DNA of 32,000 nt from Methanothermobacter thermautotrophicus str. Delta H (GTDB lineage Archaea; Methanobacteriota; Methanobacteria; Methanobacteriales; Methanothermobacteraceae). Every line of letters begins with the position of its first letter. Within the stretch, counting starts at the first letter, position 1. Below the pieces are notes generated by a model that had not been told where the DNA came from, searched no databases, and saw only the letters and a program-made list of their open reading frames with translations. The stretch spans positions 960,001 through 992,000 of the forward strand of contig NC_000916.1 in assembly GCF_000008645.1 (NCBI RefSeq), given 5' to 3'. Made by a program: the position numbers and the translations under genes. Below, in pieces: positions 1-11,109 of the stretch.

Positions 1-864
1 TCAGGGGTCATCGACGAGAAGGCCTACGGTGCCTTCGCAGGTAAGATCCTCGACCATATCGTCAAGGAGTACGGCACCGACGCCGCAAGGGAATTCCTTG
101 ACTCAGCAACCAAACTCGCCATCGCAGGTATAATGCACGCGGGTTTCACCACAAGTACCAACGATGAGGAGATCCCTGAGGAGGCACGTGAGCGAATAGA
201 GGCCCACCTGCGGAACGCAGAGGCACGGGTGGACCAGCTCATTGAGGCCTACGAGAACGGTGAACTCGAACCGCTACCCGGAAGGAGCCTCGAGGAGACC
301 CTGGAGATGAAGATAATGCAGGTCCTCGGTGAAGCAAGGGACAAGTCAGGGGAAATCGCAGAGAGCTACTTCGACATGGACGAAAACCATGCCGTCATAA
401 TGGCACTGACCGGTGCAAGGGGTTCAATGCTCAACCTCACCCAGATAACAGCCTGTGTGGGGCAGCAGTCCGTCAGGGGTGGCCGTATCAGCAGAGGATA
501 TGATAACAGGACACTCCCACACTTCAAGAAGGGAGAACTCGGGGCAAAATCCCGTGGATTCGTACACTCAAGTTACAAGGAGGGCCTTGACCCAATAGAA
601 TTCTTCTTCCACGCCATGGGGGGAAGAGAGGGTCTCGTTGATACAGCCATCCGTACAGCCCAGAGCGGTTACATGCAGAGGCGTCTCGTAAACGCCCTCC
701 AGGACCTCACAGTCGATGAGAACGGCAGGGTCGTTGATAACAGGGGCGTGATAATACAGAACCGCTTCGGTGAAGACGGCGTTGATCCGGCCAAGAGTGA
801 CTACGGAAAGATAGTGGACCTTGATAAACTCGTAGAGGAGATAAGGCTCAAGTCAAAGGGGTAA
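1..864 (+). CDS. rpoA1: DNA-directed RNA polymerase subunit A' (C-terminal part; 5' end is upstream of the window)
   Basis: Frame 1 is open from base 1 (SGVIDEKAYGAF...) to TAA at 862-864. It has conserved largest-subunit blocks (LTGARGS, QQSVRGGR, GREGLVDTAIRTAQSGYMQRRL). The A'' gene follows 9 nt downstream, as in archaeal rpo operons. Confidence 0.9.
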   Translation, partial: SGVIDEKAYGAFAGKILDHIVKEYGTDAAREFLDSATKLAIAGIMHAGFTTSTNDEEIPEEARERIEAHLRNAEARVDQLIEAYENGELEPLPGRSLEETLEMKIMQVLGEARDKSGEIAESYFDMDENHAVIMALTGARGSMLNLTQITACVGQQSVRGGRISRGYDNRTLPHFKKGELGAKSRGFVHSSYKEGLDPIEFFFHAMGGREGLVDTAIRTAQSGYMQRRLVNALQDLTVDENGRVVDNRGVIIQNRFGEDGVDPAKSDYGKIVDLDKLVEEIRLKSKG

Positions 865-2229
<1,365 letters not shown>

Positions 2230-2239
2230 GAGGCAGTAG

Positions 2240-2536
2240 ATGGACATAGATAGAGGAATACGAGTCGCTGTAGATACTGGTAATGTTATCCTTGGATCAA
2301 AGAGGACGATTCAGAGCCTCAAACTGGGTAAGGGTAAACTGGTGGTGATGGCCAGCAACATTCCAGAGGACCTCAAGGAGGACATAGAATACTATGCGAA
2401 GCTATCAGAGATCCCGGTGTACACCCATGAAGGCACCAGTGTTGAACTGGGCTCTGTCTGCGGTAAACCATTCACCGTGGGGGCCCTCTTAATCCAGGAT
2501 CCAGGTGATTCAACAATACTGGAAATGGTGGGGTAG
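2240..2536 (+). CDS. rpl30e: 50S ribosomal protein L30e
   Basis: 98-aa ORF preceded by GGAGG. The L7Ae/L30e-like sequence ([22 protein letters not shown]...[11 protein letters not shown]) sits in the conserved position between rpoA2 and nusA. Confidence 0.85.
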   Translation: MDIDRGIRVAVDTGNVILGSKRTIQSLKLGKGKLVVMASNIPEDLKEDIEYYAKLSEIPVYTHEGTSVELGSVCGKPFTVGALLIQDPGDSTILEMVG

Positions 2537-2542
2537 GTTGCT

Positions 2543-2974
2543 GTGACTATCAAATTTACCACAAATGAGATAAGGTACATTGCACTCTTTGAGAGCATGA
2601 CGGGTGCAATGGTGAAGGACTGCATCGTGGATGATGAAAACGGCAGGGTAACCTTCCTTGTCAAGAAGGGTGATATGGGTCTGGCCATAGGTAAAAAGGG
2701 AAGCACGGTTGCCAAGGTTCAGAAGGCCCTTGATAAGGGTGTTGAAGTAATAGAACACTCAAACGACCCCGTGGAGTTCATAAAGAACCTCATGGCACCC
2801 GCCAAGGTCAGGAGTATCAGGATACTCCAGAAGGAAAACGGTGAAAAGATAGCCACAGTCGAAACAGACCCCAAGAACAAGAGAATCGCCATTGGACGTG
2901 GCGGGCAGAACATTGAGAGGGCCAGACTTCTGGCCAGAAGACAGCATAACATAAGCAATATTATAATAAAATAA
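2543..2974 (+). CDS. nusA: archaeal NusA-like transcription termination/antitermination factor (two KH domains)
   Basis: 143-aa ORF with two KH GXXG motifs (AIGKKGSTV and AIGRGGQNI). It has the conserved position upstream of rps12. Confidence 0.85.
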   Translation: MTIKFTTNEIRYIALFESMTGAMVKDCIVDDENGRVTFLVKKGDMGLAIGKKGSTVAKVQKALDKGVEVIEHSNDPVEFIKNLMAPAKVRSIRILQKENGEKIATVETDPKNKRIAIGRGGQNIERARLLARRQHNISNIIIK

Positions 2975-2995
2975 TCTTTACAGGAGGAATCTTAT

Positions 2996-3421
2996 TTGCC
3001 AGGACTTTTCGCAGCAAAGAAACTTAAAAGCAAGAGGCAGAAGTTCAAATGGAAGGACACACACTACAAGAGGAGATCACTGCGCCTCGACGTTAAGGCG
3101 GACCCCCTTGAGGGAGCACCCCAGGCCAGGGGCATAGTGATCGAGAAGGTTGGTATAGAGGCAAAACAGCCAAACTCAGCCATAAGGAAATGTGTCAGGG
3201 TCCAGCTAATAAAGAACGGAAAACAGATCACCGCCTTCGCACCTGGCGACGGCGCCATTGGTTTTATCGATGAACACGATGAGGTTGTTGTTGAGGGTAT
3301 AGGTGGACCTTCAGGAAGGTCCATGGGTGACATACCCGGTGTCAGGTGGAAGGTGACAAAGGTCAACAACGTATCCCTGCAGGAAATGGTTAAAGGGAAA
3401 ATAGAAAAACCTGTGAGGTAA
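2996..3421 (+). CDS. rps12: 30S ribosomal protein S12
   Basis: 141-aa ORF with a TTG start 9 nt after AGGAGG. Carries the S12 signature [20 protein letters not shown]. Confidence 0.9.
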   Translation: MPGLFAAKKLKSKRQKFKWKDTHYKRRSLRLDVKADPLEGAPQARGIVIEKVGIEAKQPNSAIRKCVRVQLIKNGKQITAFAPGDGAIGFIDEHDEVVVEGIGGPSGRSMGDIPGVRWKVTKVNNVSLQEMVKGKIEKPVR

Positions 3422-3426
3422 TCCCT

Positions 3427-3987
3427 ATGAGTTTAGTTTTTGATAAATGGGAACTGGACGAGGTCAAGGTTGAGGACATGGGCCTCGCCAAGTACATATG
3501 CCTTGACAGCATACTCGTCCCCCACACCATGGGAAGACACGTCAAGAGACAGTTCGCAAAGTCAAAGGTCTCCATTGTTGAGAGGCTCATAAACAAGGTC
3601 ATGAGGACAGAGAGGAATTCAGGTAAAAAGAACAAGGCCTACAAGATAGTGCAGGAAGCCTTTGAAATAATAAACCGGAGGACCAAGGAGAACCCTGTTC
3701 AGATCCTTGTTAAGGCAGTTGAAAACACATCCCCAAGGGAGGAGACCACAAGGATCAAGTACGGTGGTATAGGATACCAGGTCGCAGTTGACATCTCACC
3801 CCAGAGGAGGGTGGACCTCTCACTCGGATTCATAACCAGGGGCGCCATGCAGGCAGCATTCAAGAACAAGAAGTCCATAGAGGAGTGCCTTGCAAATGAG
3901 ATAATGCTGGCTGCAGAGTACGACACAAGAAGCTTCGCGATACAGAAGAAGGAAGAGAAAGAAAGGATAGCCAGATCCGCACATTAA
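3427..3987 (+). CDS. rps7: 30S ribosomal protein S7
   Basis: 186-aa ORF with ATG after GAGGT. S7-type sequence ([23 protein letters not shown]) lies directly after rps12 (str-operon order). Confidence 0.9.
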   Translation: MSLVFDKWELDEVKVEDMGLAKYICLDSILVPHTMGRHVKRQFAKSKVSIVERLINKVMRTERNSGKKNKAYKIVQEAFEIINRRTKENPVQILVKAVENTSPREETTRIKYGGIGYQVAVDISPQRRVDLSLGFITRGAMQAAFKNKKSIEECLANEIMLAAEYDTRSFAIQKKEEKERIARSAH

Positions 3988-4004
3988 ACTTACAGGTGGT
4001 TTTA

Positions 4005-6197
4005 GTGAGCAGACGTGCAAAAATGATTAGTAAGATTAAGGAGCTCATGTACCAGCCGGAGTACATCCGTAACATCGGTATAGTGGCCCACATTGACCAC
4101 GGGAAAACAACACTTTCAGACAACCTCCTGGCTGGTGCAGGGATGATCTCCGCCGAACTGGCCGGGGATCAGCGCTTCCTTGACTTCGACGAACAGGAAC
4201 AGGCAAGGGGTATCACCATTGACGCTGCAAACGTCTCAATGGTCCACTCCTACGAGGGAAATGAATACCTCATAAACCTCATCGACACACCAGGTCACGT
4301 TGACTTCGGGGGGGACGTTACAAGGGCCATGAGGGCCGTGGACGGTGCAGTTGTTGTCGTATGCGCCGTTGAGGGCATAATGCCCCAGACAGAAACCGTG
4401 CTAAGGCAGGCCCTCAAGGAAAATGTGAGGCCCGTCCTATTCATCAACAAGGTTGACAGGCTCATAAACGAACTGAAACTGGACGCCAGTGAACTCCAGG
4501 AGAGGTTCGTGAAGATCATAGCTAATGCAAACAAACTCATCAAGAACATGGCCCCTGAGGAGTTCAGGGATAAATGGCAGGTTCGTGTTGAGGATGGAAG
4601 TGTTGCCTTCGGTTCAGCCTATCACAACTGGGCCATAAACGTCCCGATAATGCAGGAGACAGGCATAAACTTCAACGACATCTACAAGTACTGCACAGAG
4701 GACAACCAGAAGGAACTGGCCCAGAAGGTGCCACTGCACCAGGTCCTCCTGGGAATGGTTGTTGAACACCTCCCAAGCCCGGCCGAGTCCCAGGCCTACA
4801 GGGTTCCAATAATATGGTCAGGGGACCTTGAAAGTGAAGAGGGACAGGCCATGCTCAAAACAGACCCTGAAGGTCCCCTGGCGGTTATGGTGACCGATGT
4901 GAGTATAGACAAACATGCAGGGGAAGTCGCTACCGGAAGGGTCTACGGCGGAGCAATAGAGAAGGGAAGCGAGGTCTTCCTTGTGGGTTCCCACAGCAAG
5001 GCACGTGTCCAGCAGGTCGGTGTCTACATGGGACCAGAGAGGGTTAACACCGACAAGGTCCCGGCAGGTAACATCGTGGCCATAACCGGTGCCAAGAATG
5101 CAGTTGCAGGTGAAACAATCTGCGACACCGGCAGGAAGATAAAGGCCTTCGAGGGTCTTGAACACATCTCCGAACCTGTGGTTACAGTTGCAGTTGAGGC
5201 CAAAAACACCAAGGACCTCCCAAAACTCATAGAGGTGCTCAGACAGGTGGGTAAGGAGGACCCAACCGTAAGGGTTGAGATAAACGAGGAGACCGGTGAA
5301 CACCTCATCTCAGGTATGGGTGAACTCCACCTCGAGATCATAGCCTACAGGATCAACGAGAAGGGTGTTGAGATAGAGACATCCGAACCAATAGTCGTCT
5401 ACAGGGAGACCGTTGCAGGTACCGCAGGACCAGTTGAGGGTAAATCACCCAACAAACACAACCGCTTCTACATAGAAATTGAACCGGTTGAAGCATCAGT
5501 GATGCAGGCGATACAGGAAGGTAAGATAAAGGAGGGCCGTGTCAAGGGCAAGGAGATGGCCAAGAACTTCATTGAGGCAGGTATGGACAAGGAGGAGGCC
5601 AGAAGGGTCTGGGATGTCTATGAAAAGAACCTATTCATCAACATGACCCGTGGTATCCAGTACCTCGATGAGATCAAGGAACTCCTCATGGATGGATTTG
5701 AGAGTGCAATGGACAACGGTCCAGTCGCCAAGGAGAAGGTCATGGGGGTTAAAATAAAACTCATGGACGCCAAGATCCACGAGGACGCTGTCCACAGGGG
5801 TCCCGCACAGGTACTTCCAGCCATAAGGAAGGGTATCTTCGGTGCCATGATGTCTGCGGAGCCAGTGCTCCTTGAACCCATACAGAAGGTATTCATCAAC
5901 GTGCCACAGGATTACATGGGAAGCGCAACACGTGAGATACAGAACAGGCGCGGACAGATCGTCAACATGACCCAGGAGGGTGACATGGTAACCGTTGAAT
6001 CCACTGTACCGGTGGCAGAGATGTTCGGATTCGCAGGTGATATCAGGTCAGCCACCGAGGGACGATGTCTCTGGTCAACAGAGAACGCTGGATTCGAGAG
6101 ACTTCCAAATGAACTGCAGCACACCATAACAAGGGAGGTAAGGACCAGGAAGGGTCTCAGTCCTGAACCTTACAGGGCAGACCACTACCTGGGTTAA
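4005..6197 (+). CDS. fusA: translation elongation factor 2 (aEF-2)
   Basis: GTPase motifs [17 protein letters not shown] and NKVDR, plus the diphthamide-region HEDAVHRG. The ORF is open from GTG 3996. I prefer GTG 4005 (5 nt after AGGTGG); ATG 4023 is also possible. Confidence 0.9.
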
Positions 6198-6208
6198 CCC
6201 CATTAAAC

Positions 6209-6216
6209 TTATATAA
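6209..6216 (+). promoter_or_regulatory. TATA-box-like element upstream of EF-1alpha/rps10
   Basis: TTATATAA sits in the 113-bp AT-rich gap after EF-2. GGAGGT lies at 6300-6305 just before ATG 6311. Confidence 0.45.
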
Positions 6217-6310
6217 TTAAAAAGAATATAGGAAATTACCTTAGACAAACAGCATGCCCATTTGCTGGATCTAAAAAATCAGGCTAAACCATCATATATG
6301 GAGGTATATT

Positions 6311-7552
6311 ATGGCTAAAGAAAAAGAACACATGAACCTGGCGTTTATTGGACACGTAGACCACGGAAAATCCACACTAGTGGGACACCTGCTCCTGCAG
6401 GCCGGAGCAATCGCCGAGCAGCAGTTAGCTGAAGGTGAGGACAAGTTCAGGTTTGTCATGGACAGGCTCTCCGAGGAAAGGGAAAGGGGAGTTACAATCG
6501 ACCTTGCACACGCCAAATTCGAAACAGACAAGTACGAGTTCACAATCGTGGACTGCCCTGGACACCGTGACTTCGTTAAAAACATGATCACAGGTGCGTC
6601 CCAGGCAGACGCAGCAGTCCTTGTTGTCGCAGTTGACGACGGTGTAATGCCTCAGACCAAGGAACACGTGTTCCTATCAAGGACACTTGGTATAAACCAG
6701 CTCATAGTCGCAATCAACAAGATGGACCTCGTCAACTACGACGAAGAGAAATTCAACGCCCTCAAGGATGAGGTTGCAGCCCTCATCAAAACCGTGGGTT
6801 ACAAGCCAAGCGACGTTGAATTCATCCCACTCTCCGCCTTTGAAGGGGACAACATAACATCAAAGAGCGAAAACACCCCATGGTACAAGGGTAAAACACT
6901 CGTTGAAGCCCTCGACGACCTTGAAGCACCTGAAAAACCTGTGGACCTTCCACTGAGGATACCTATACAGGACGTCTACTCCATCACAGGTGTCGGTACA
7001 GTTCCAGTGGGACGTGTCGAGACCGGTGTCCTCAAGAAGGGTGAAAACGTCATATTCGAACCAGCAGGTGTAAGTGGAGAGGTTAAATCAATCGAAATGC
7101 ACCACGAAATGATCGAACAGGCAGAACCCGGTGACAACATAGGTTTCAACGTCAGGGGTGTCGGTAAAAACGACATCAGAAGGGGAGACGTTGCAGGACA
7201 CCTTGACAACCCACCAAAGGTTGCCAAGGAGTTCACAGCACAGATCGTTGTTCTCCAGCACCCTGGTGTCATAACAGTGGGTTACACACCTGTATTCCAC
7301 TGCCACACAGCACAGGTTGCCTGTACCTTCCTTGAACTGGTGCAGAAAATGAACCCTGCCACAGGTCAGGTGGAAGAGGAAAACCCTGACTTCCTGAAAA
7401 CAGGTAACGCTGCTGTTGTGAAGGTCAAACCAACCAAGCCACTGGTCATCGAGAAGATAAAGGACATCCCACACATGGGAAGATTCGCCATAAGGGACAT
7501 GGGACAGACAGTGGCTGCTGGAATGTGCATAGACCTCGTACCAGCAAAATAA
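6311..7552 (+). CDS. tuf: translation elongation factor 1-alpha (aEF-1alpha/EF-Tu)
   Basis: 413-aa ORF with [17 protein letters not shown] and NKMD GTPase motifs. It has a strong RBS. Confidence 0.92.
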
Positions 7553-7586
7553 ACCCACCTCTTCCCTTTTTTACAGGAGGATTTAA

Positions 7587-7895
7587 ATGCACAAAGCAAG
7601 GATTAAACTGACAGGGACAGACCCTGAAAAACTGGCATACGTCTGTGACCAGCTCAAGAAGATTGCTGAAAGGACAGGCGTGGACATGTCAGGCCCAATC
7701 CCCCTCCCAACAAAGAGGCTCGTGGTTCCAACAAGGAAATCCCCGGATGGTGAGGGAACCGCTACCTGGGAGAAATGGGAGATGAGGATCCACAAGAGGC
7801 TTGTGGGTATAGAGGCCGATGAAAGGGCCATGCGTCAGGTCATGAAGGTCAATGTGCCTGACAATGTCAGCATTGAAATTGAACTCAAAAGTTAA
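7587..7895 (+). CDS. rps10: 30S ribosomal protein S10
   Basis: 102-aa ORF after AGGAGG. S10 sequence ([13 protein letters not shown]...[10 protein letters not shown]) lies directly downstream of tuf. Confidence 0.9.
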   Translation: MHKARIKLTGTDPEKLAYVCDQLKKIAERTGVDMSGPIPLPTKRLVVPTRKSPDGEGTATWEKWEMRIHKRLVGIEADERAMRQVMKVNVPDNVSIEIELKS

Positions 7896-7935
7896 CTGGG
7901 GTGTAAACCCCTCTAACTAAATTCACCACCAAAAA

Positions 7936-7946
7936 CTATATAAATA
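7936..7946 (+). promoter_or_regulatory. TATA-box-like element upstream of tRNA-Ser
   Basis: CTATATAAATA is centred about 36 nt upstream of the mature tRNA 5' end at 7977. Confidence 0.45.
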
Positions 7947-7976
7947 AGAGTTTATCAATCTCTTTTATCTGATACT

Positions 7977-8068
<92 letters not shown>

Positions 8069-8072
8069 AAAC

Positions 8073-8078
8073 TTTTTT
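8073..8078 (+). terminator. oligo-T tract after tRNA-Ser(UGA)
   Basis: A T6 run lies 12 nt after the tRNA 3' end. Archaeal RNAP terminates at oligo-T. Confidence 0.35.
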
Positions 8079-8101
8079 CTGAACTGAAATCTAACTGTTC
8101 T

Positions 8102-8186
<85 letters not shown>

Positions 8187-8202
8187 TGAAAATAGGAGGA
8201 AG

Positions 8203-8240
8203 TGACCGCCTTCTGGTGGCGGTCAGACCCTTAAAAAAAA
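8203..8240. terminator. hairpin plus A/T run between convergent tRNA and mtrA-homolog genes
   Basis: TGACCGCC (8203-8210) pairs with GGCGGTCA (8218-8225). An A8 run follows at 8233-8240, which reads as T8 on the minus strand just after the minus-strand stop codon. Confidence 0.4.
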
Positions 8241-8243
8241 TAA

Positions 8244-8786
8244 TCAGGTGTTTTCTTCTGAATCCCCTTTTCCTATCTCTGGAACCTTTAAAATGAGGGG
8301 TTCCTCTTCCATTGCACCGGAGTCATGAACCACACATTCCTGGATCCTTGCAGCTATTGAATCTGGATCCTCAACATCAACCATGTCCACCAGTTCAACC
8401 TGTCTCCGGAACCTCTCTATGGCCTCCTCCGGCATGTTCTCAATGTAGGGTATTGCACCGGTTGCACCGATGATCCTCCCTGTTTCCAGGTCTACACCAT
8501 TGCTGTGGAGGGCCTTCATGGTCTGCCCTGTGATGTGCCCCATTACCTCTGCACCGCATACAACAAGGAAGCGCAGGTTGGGGTTTGCAATAACGTTCCC
8601 AACAACCTTCTCTATCCCAAGGTTCTCTGTGTGAAGTGGACCTGAAATTGCAGCACCCGCCTTCACGGGTTCATCTTCCATGTGTGACCCGAGGGTGACA
8701 ACCGCAACCGGGCTTTCTTCATCACCAACCACATAGTCCCCAACTATGTGTGGCCAGTCTTCAGGTACGGGTTTCTTTTCAACCAT
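8244..8786 (-). CDS. cytoplasmic homolog of tetrahydromethanopterin S-methyltransferase subunit A (MtrA-like, no membrane anchor)
   Basis: The N-terminus [35 protein letters not shown] and the block [19 protein letters not shown] resemble MtrA. The protein ends in an acidic tail with no hydrophobic C-terminal helix. I chose ATG 8786 (preceded by AAGAGGTG) over the GTG at 8795, which lies inside that RBS. Confidence 0.75.
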   Translation of the reverse strand: MVEKKPVPEDWPHIVGDYVVGDEESPVAVVTLGSHMEDEPVKAGAAISGPLHTENLGIEKVVGNVIANPNLRFLVVCGAEVMGHITGQTMKALHSNGVDLETGRIIGATGAIPYIENMPEEAIERFRRQVELVDMVDVEDPDSIAARIQECVVHDSGAMEEEPLILKVPEIGKGDSEENT

Positions 8787-8799
8787 AAGAAACACCTCT

Positions 8800-8850
8800 T
8801 TAACCGTCAGTTAATTTTTAACTTTCGGTTAAAATTTAACTTGTAGTTAA
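8800..8850. promoter_or_regulatory. three TTAAC-N5-GTTAA palindromes at exact 18-bp spacing (candidate TetR operators)
   Basis: The sites are TTAACCGTCAGTTAA (8800-8814), TTAACTTTCGGTTAA (8818-8832) and TTAACTTGTAGTTAA (8836-8850). They lie in the divergent intergenic region between the MtrA homolog and the TetR gene. ACATATAAAT/ATTTATATG (about 8852-8861) is a TATA-like element readable on both strands. Confidence 0.45.
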
Positions 8851-8929
8851 TGACATATAAATCTTCCGGTGCAAAATGTTTTAAAATACCGGAACAGATA
8901 TTCATAGAGATACTGAATGGTGAATCCAC

Positions 8930-9556
8930 ATGGCCCCATCAAGACGCGAACGTGAACGTGAACGGAGACGTGAACAGATAATAAGGGCGGCAGAGAAGGC
9001 ATTCTTTGCACGGGGATACGACAGAGTGACCATGGATGAGATAGCCGAGGAGGCAGAGGTCAACAAGGCCCTCCTCTACTACTACTTCAAAAACAAGGAA
9101 TCCCTCTTCTTCGCAGTGAACCTCTACGGTGTCCGCATACTCCACAGCATGTACAGAAGGTGCCTGGAGCTTGACACGGATGGATACGGTAAGGTCAGGG
9201 CCATGGTGGAGGCCCTCTACAGCTTCTCAAAGGAACACCCCGACTACTTCAGGATATACTGCTACAGTGGCACCGAGAGGTTCGAGCTGAGTGAAAGTGA
9301 GGATGCGCGGGAGATAGTGGACCTCCGTACCGGAATGTGGAGGCTCATGGTTGAGGCCATAATGGAGGGCATGAATGACGGAAGCATCCGCAGCGACCTC
9401 GACCCTGTGGAGCTATCCATATACATCCATACACTGGCCATAAACGCCCTGAACCTTGATTTCACATCCAGGATGGTCCTGGAGGCCAGGAATATCAGCA
9501 GGGACAGGTTCTGGGAGGACCTTGAGGTTTTCCTTGAATCCGCCCTCAGGCCCTAA
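8930..9556 (+). CDS. TetR/AcrR-family transcriptional regulator
   Basis: 208-aa ORF. The N-terminal HTH region [44 protein letters not shown] is typical TetR_N. The 5' end encodes an (ER)n run from GAACGT hexamer repeats. Confidence 0.8.
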   Translation: MAPSRRERERERRREQIIRAAEKAFFARGYDRVTMDEIAEEAEVNKALLYYYFKNKESLFFAVNLYGVRILHSMYRRCLELDTDGYGKVRAMVEALYSFSKEHPDYFRIYCYSGTERFELSESEDAREIVDLRTGMWRLMVEAIMEGMNDGSIRSDLDPVELSIYIHTLAINALNLDFTSRMVLEARNISRDRFWEDLEVFLESALRP

Positions 9557-9597
9557 TAAAATAACATCTAAACTCTTTCTCAACAGCACCACATAAC

Positions 9598-9604
9598 TAT
9601 ATAA
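9598..9604 (+). promoter_or_regulatory. TATA-box-like element upstream of the NYN/Usp/GyrI-like operon
   Basis: TATATAA lies in the 97-bp gap after the TetR gene, about 50 nt upstream of ATG 9654. GAGAGGA lies near 9636-9642. Confidence 0.4.
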
Positions 9605-9653
9605 GTTTTTAGATACATAAGGGTATTAAAAGTTAAAGAGAGGAACTGATGAA

Positions 9654-10121
9654 ATGGATAATGACGATAACTTTGTGATAATAAACAACAGCAGAAAAGA
9701 TAAAAAGAGTCTTGGGCTCCTTGTTGATGGTCCAAACATGCTCAGAAAGGAATTCTGTTCAGATCTTGAATTTGTAAAGAACCTCCTCTTTGACAGGGGA
9801 AACCTCAAGGTAGGAAAGGTGCTGCTGAACCAGTACGCCTCAGATAAGCTGATAGAGGCCGTTGTGAACCAGGGCTTCTCACCCATGATAGTTGCGGGTG
9901 ATGTGGATGTTCAGCTCGCAGTTGAAGCCTTTGAACTCATACACAACCCCAACATCGATGTGGTTGCAATTATGACAAGGAACGCTGACTTCCTCCCCCT
10001 CATAAACATAGCCAAGGAGAACGGGAAGGAGACCCTGGTCATAGGTGCAGAGCCAGGTTTCAGTATAGCACTCCAGAACTCAGCAGACGACTCAATAATC
10101 CTTGGAAGCGAAGGGGTGTAG
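9654..10121 (+). CDS. NYN/LabA-like (PIN-like nuclease fold) domain protein
   Basis: 155-aa ORF. It has LLVDGPNM near the N-terminus (the DGxN motif of NYN domains), then [11 protein letters not shown] and [13 protein letters not shown]. It resembles small archaeal NYN proteins. Recognised from memory of the family only. Confidence 0.6.
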   Translation: MDNDDNFVIINNSRKDKKSLGLLVDGPNMLRKEFCSDLEFVKNLLFDRGNLKVGKVLLNQYASDKLIEAVVNQGFSPMIVAGDVDVQLAVEAFELIHNPNIDVVAIMTRNADFLPLINIAKENGKETLVIGAEPGFSIALQNSADDSIILGSEGV

Positions 10122-10123
10122 AG

Positions 10124-10567
10124 GTGTACCGGCGAATACTGATACCCACAGACGGCTCAGGGGACGCCAGGAAGGCAACCCGGCACGCATTCCACATAGC
10201 AGGGATGAGCGGGGCAGACATACTGGCCATAAGTGTAGTTGACACGTCCTACAGGAAAATCTGGGACGAGGATATCAGCAGACGCCTTGAGGAGATACTG
10301 AAAAAACAGGCAGAGAAGGCAATATCCATCCTCAAGGAGGAATTCAGCTCTCAACAGGAGCTGGGCCACATGACAGAAACCCGCCTTGATACGGTTATAC
10401 TTGAGGGTAACCCCGCAGAGGTGATCCTCGAGGTCATGGAGGACGAGGACGTGGACCTCGTTGTAATGGGCAGCTCAGGCAAACACGGCCTTGACCGCAT
10501 AATATCCGGAAGCATAACAAGGAAGGTTCTTAAATCAGCCACAAAGCCCATGATGGTCGTTGGTTAA
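10124..10567 (+). CDS. universal stress protein (UspA family)
   Basis: 147-aa ORF whose GTG start lies 2 nt after the previous stop. It has ILIPTDGS at the N-terminus and the ATP-binding-type motif VMGSSGKHGLDRIISGSITRKVL. Confidence 0.8.
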   Translation: MYRRILIPTDGSGDARKATRHAFHIAGMSGADILAISVVDTSYRKIWDEDISRRLEEILKKQAEKAISILKEEFSSQQELGHMTETRLDTVILEGNPAEVILEVMEDEDVDLVVMGSSGKHGLDRIISGSITRKVLKSATKPMMVVG

Positions 10568-10569
10568 CG

Positions 10570-10989
10570 GTGATTGTAATGATAGGTAAAAGGACACTGG
10601 ATGATGAGAAACTTGCTGTGATAACCTTTACAGGGCCCTTCAGTAAAACACTGGAGGTCCTTGAAGAGGTTTCAGACTTTGTATCATCAAATGATAAACT
10701 TGAGGCCGACGGTGACCCCACAGTGATCTTCTACACAGCACCCCTCAAGGACGAGGGAAGATACGATGTGGGTATACCTGTAAAGGGCGAATCTGAGGGT
10801 GACGGGAAGGTGAGGATAGTCACAATCCCGGGCCATACTGTGATATTTACAGAATACTCAGAAGCCCGTGAGGAGGCCTACAGAAAGCTCATAAAATACG
10901 TTGAGGAGAACAGGCTGGACGTAATAGGTGCGCCAAGGGAGATCCTCCATGGGGATGTGAGGGAGATCCAGTTCCCTGTGGTCCTCTAA
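10570..10989 (+). CDS. GyrI-like/SOUL-type small-molecule-binding domain protein (tentative)
   Basis: 139-aa ORF starting 2 nt after the Usp stop; an alternative ATG at 10579 lies 5 nt after GGTGA. Its size and pattern (...FTGPF...EEVSDFV...PTVIFY...YDVGIPV...GHTVIFTEY...AYRKLIKYVEENRL...GAPREI) resemble effector-binding GyrI-like domains. The call is weak. Confidence 0.45.
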   Translation: MIVMIGKRTLDDEKLAVITFTGPFSKTLEVLEEVSDFVSSNDKLEADGDPTVIFYTAPLKDEGRYDVGIPVKGESEGDGKVRIVTIPGHTVIFTEYSEAREEAYRKLIKYVEENRLDVIGAPREILHGDVREIQFPVVL

Positions 10990-11109
10990 ATGTACTCATA
11001 AAATTGAGAACAGCCTACTGGAATCCACTGATTTTTCTCCCTTACCCCTCTTTACATGAAAAAGGTAACATTTCTCCTCTCTTTTCAAGAACTGCAGCCA
11101 GCGGTCAGC

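Noticed and set aside
8187-11109. The idea that the cMtrA/TetR/NYN/Usp/GyrI block is an integrated element inserted at the tRNA-Ser genes.
   Set aside because: The block contains no integrase or recombinase gene. I found no direct repeat of the tRNA 3' end downstream; the best match is a 9-mer TCAAATCCC near 12620, which is insignificant.
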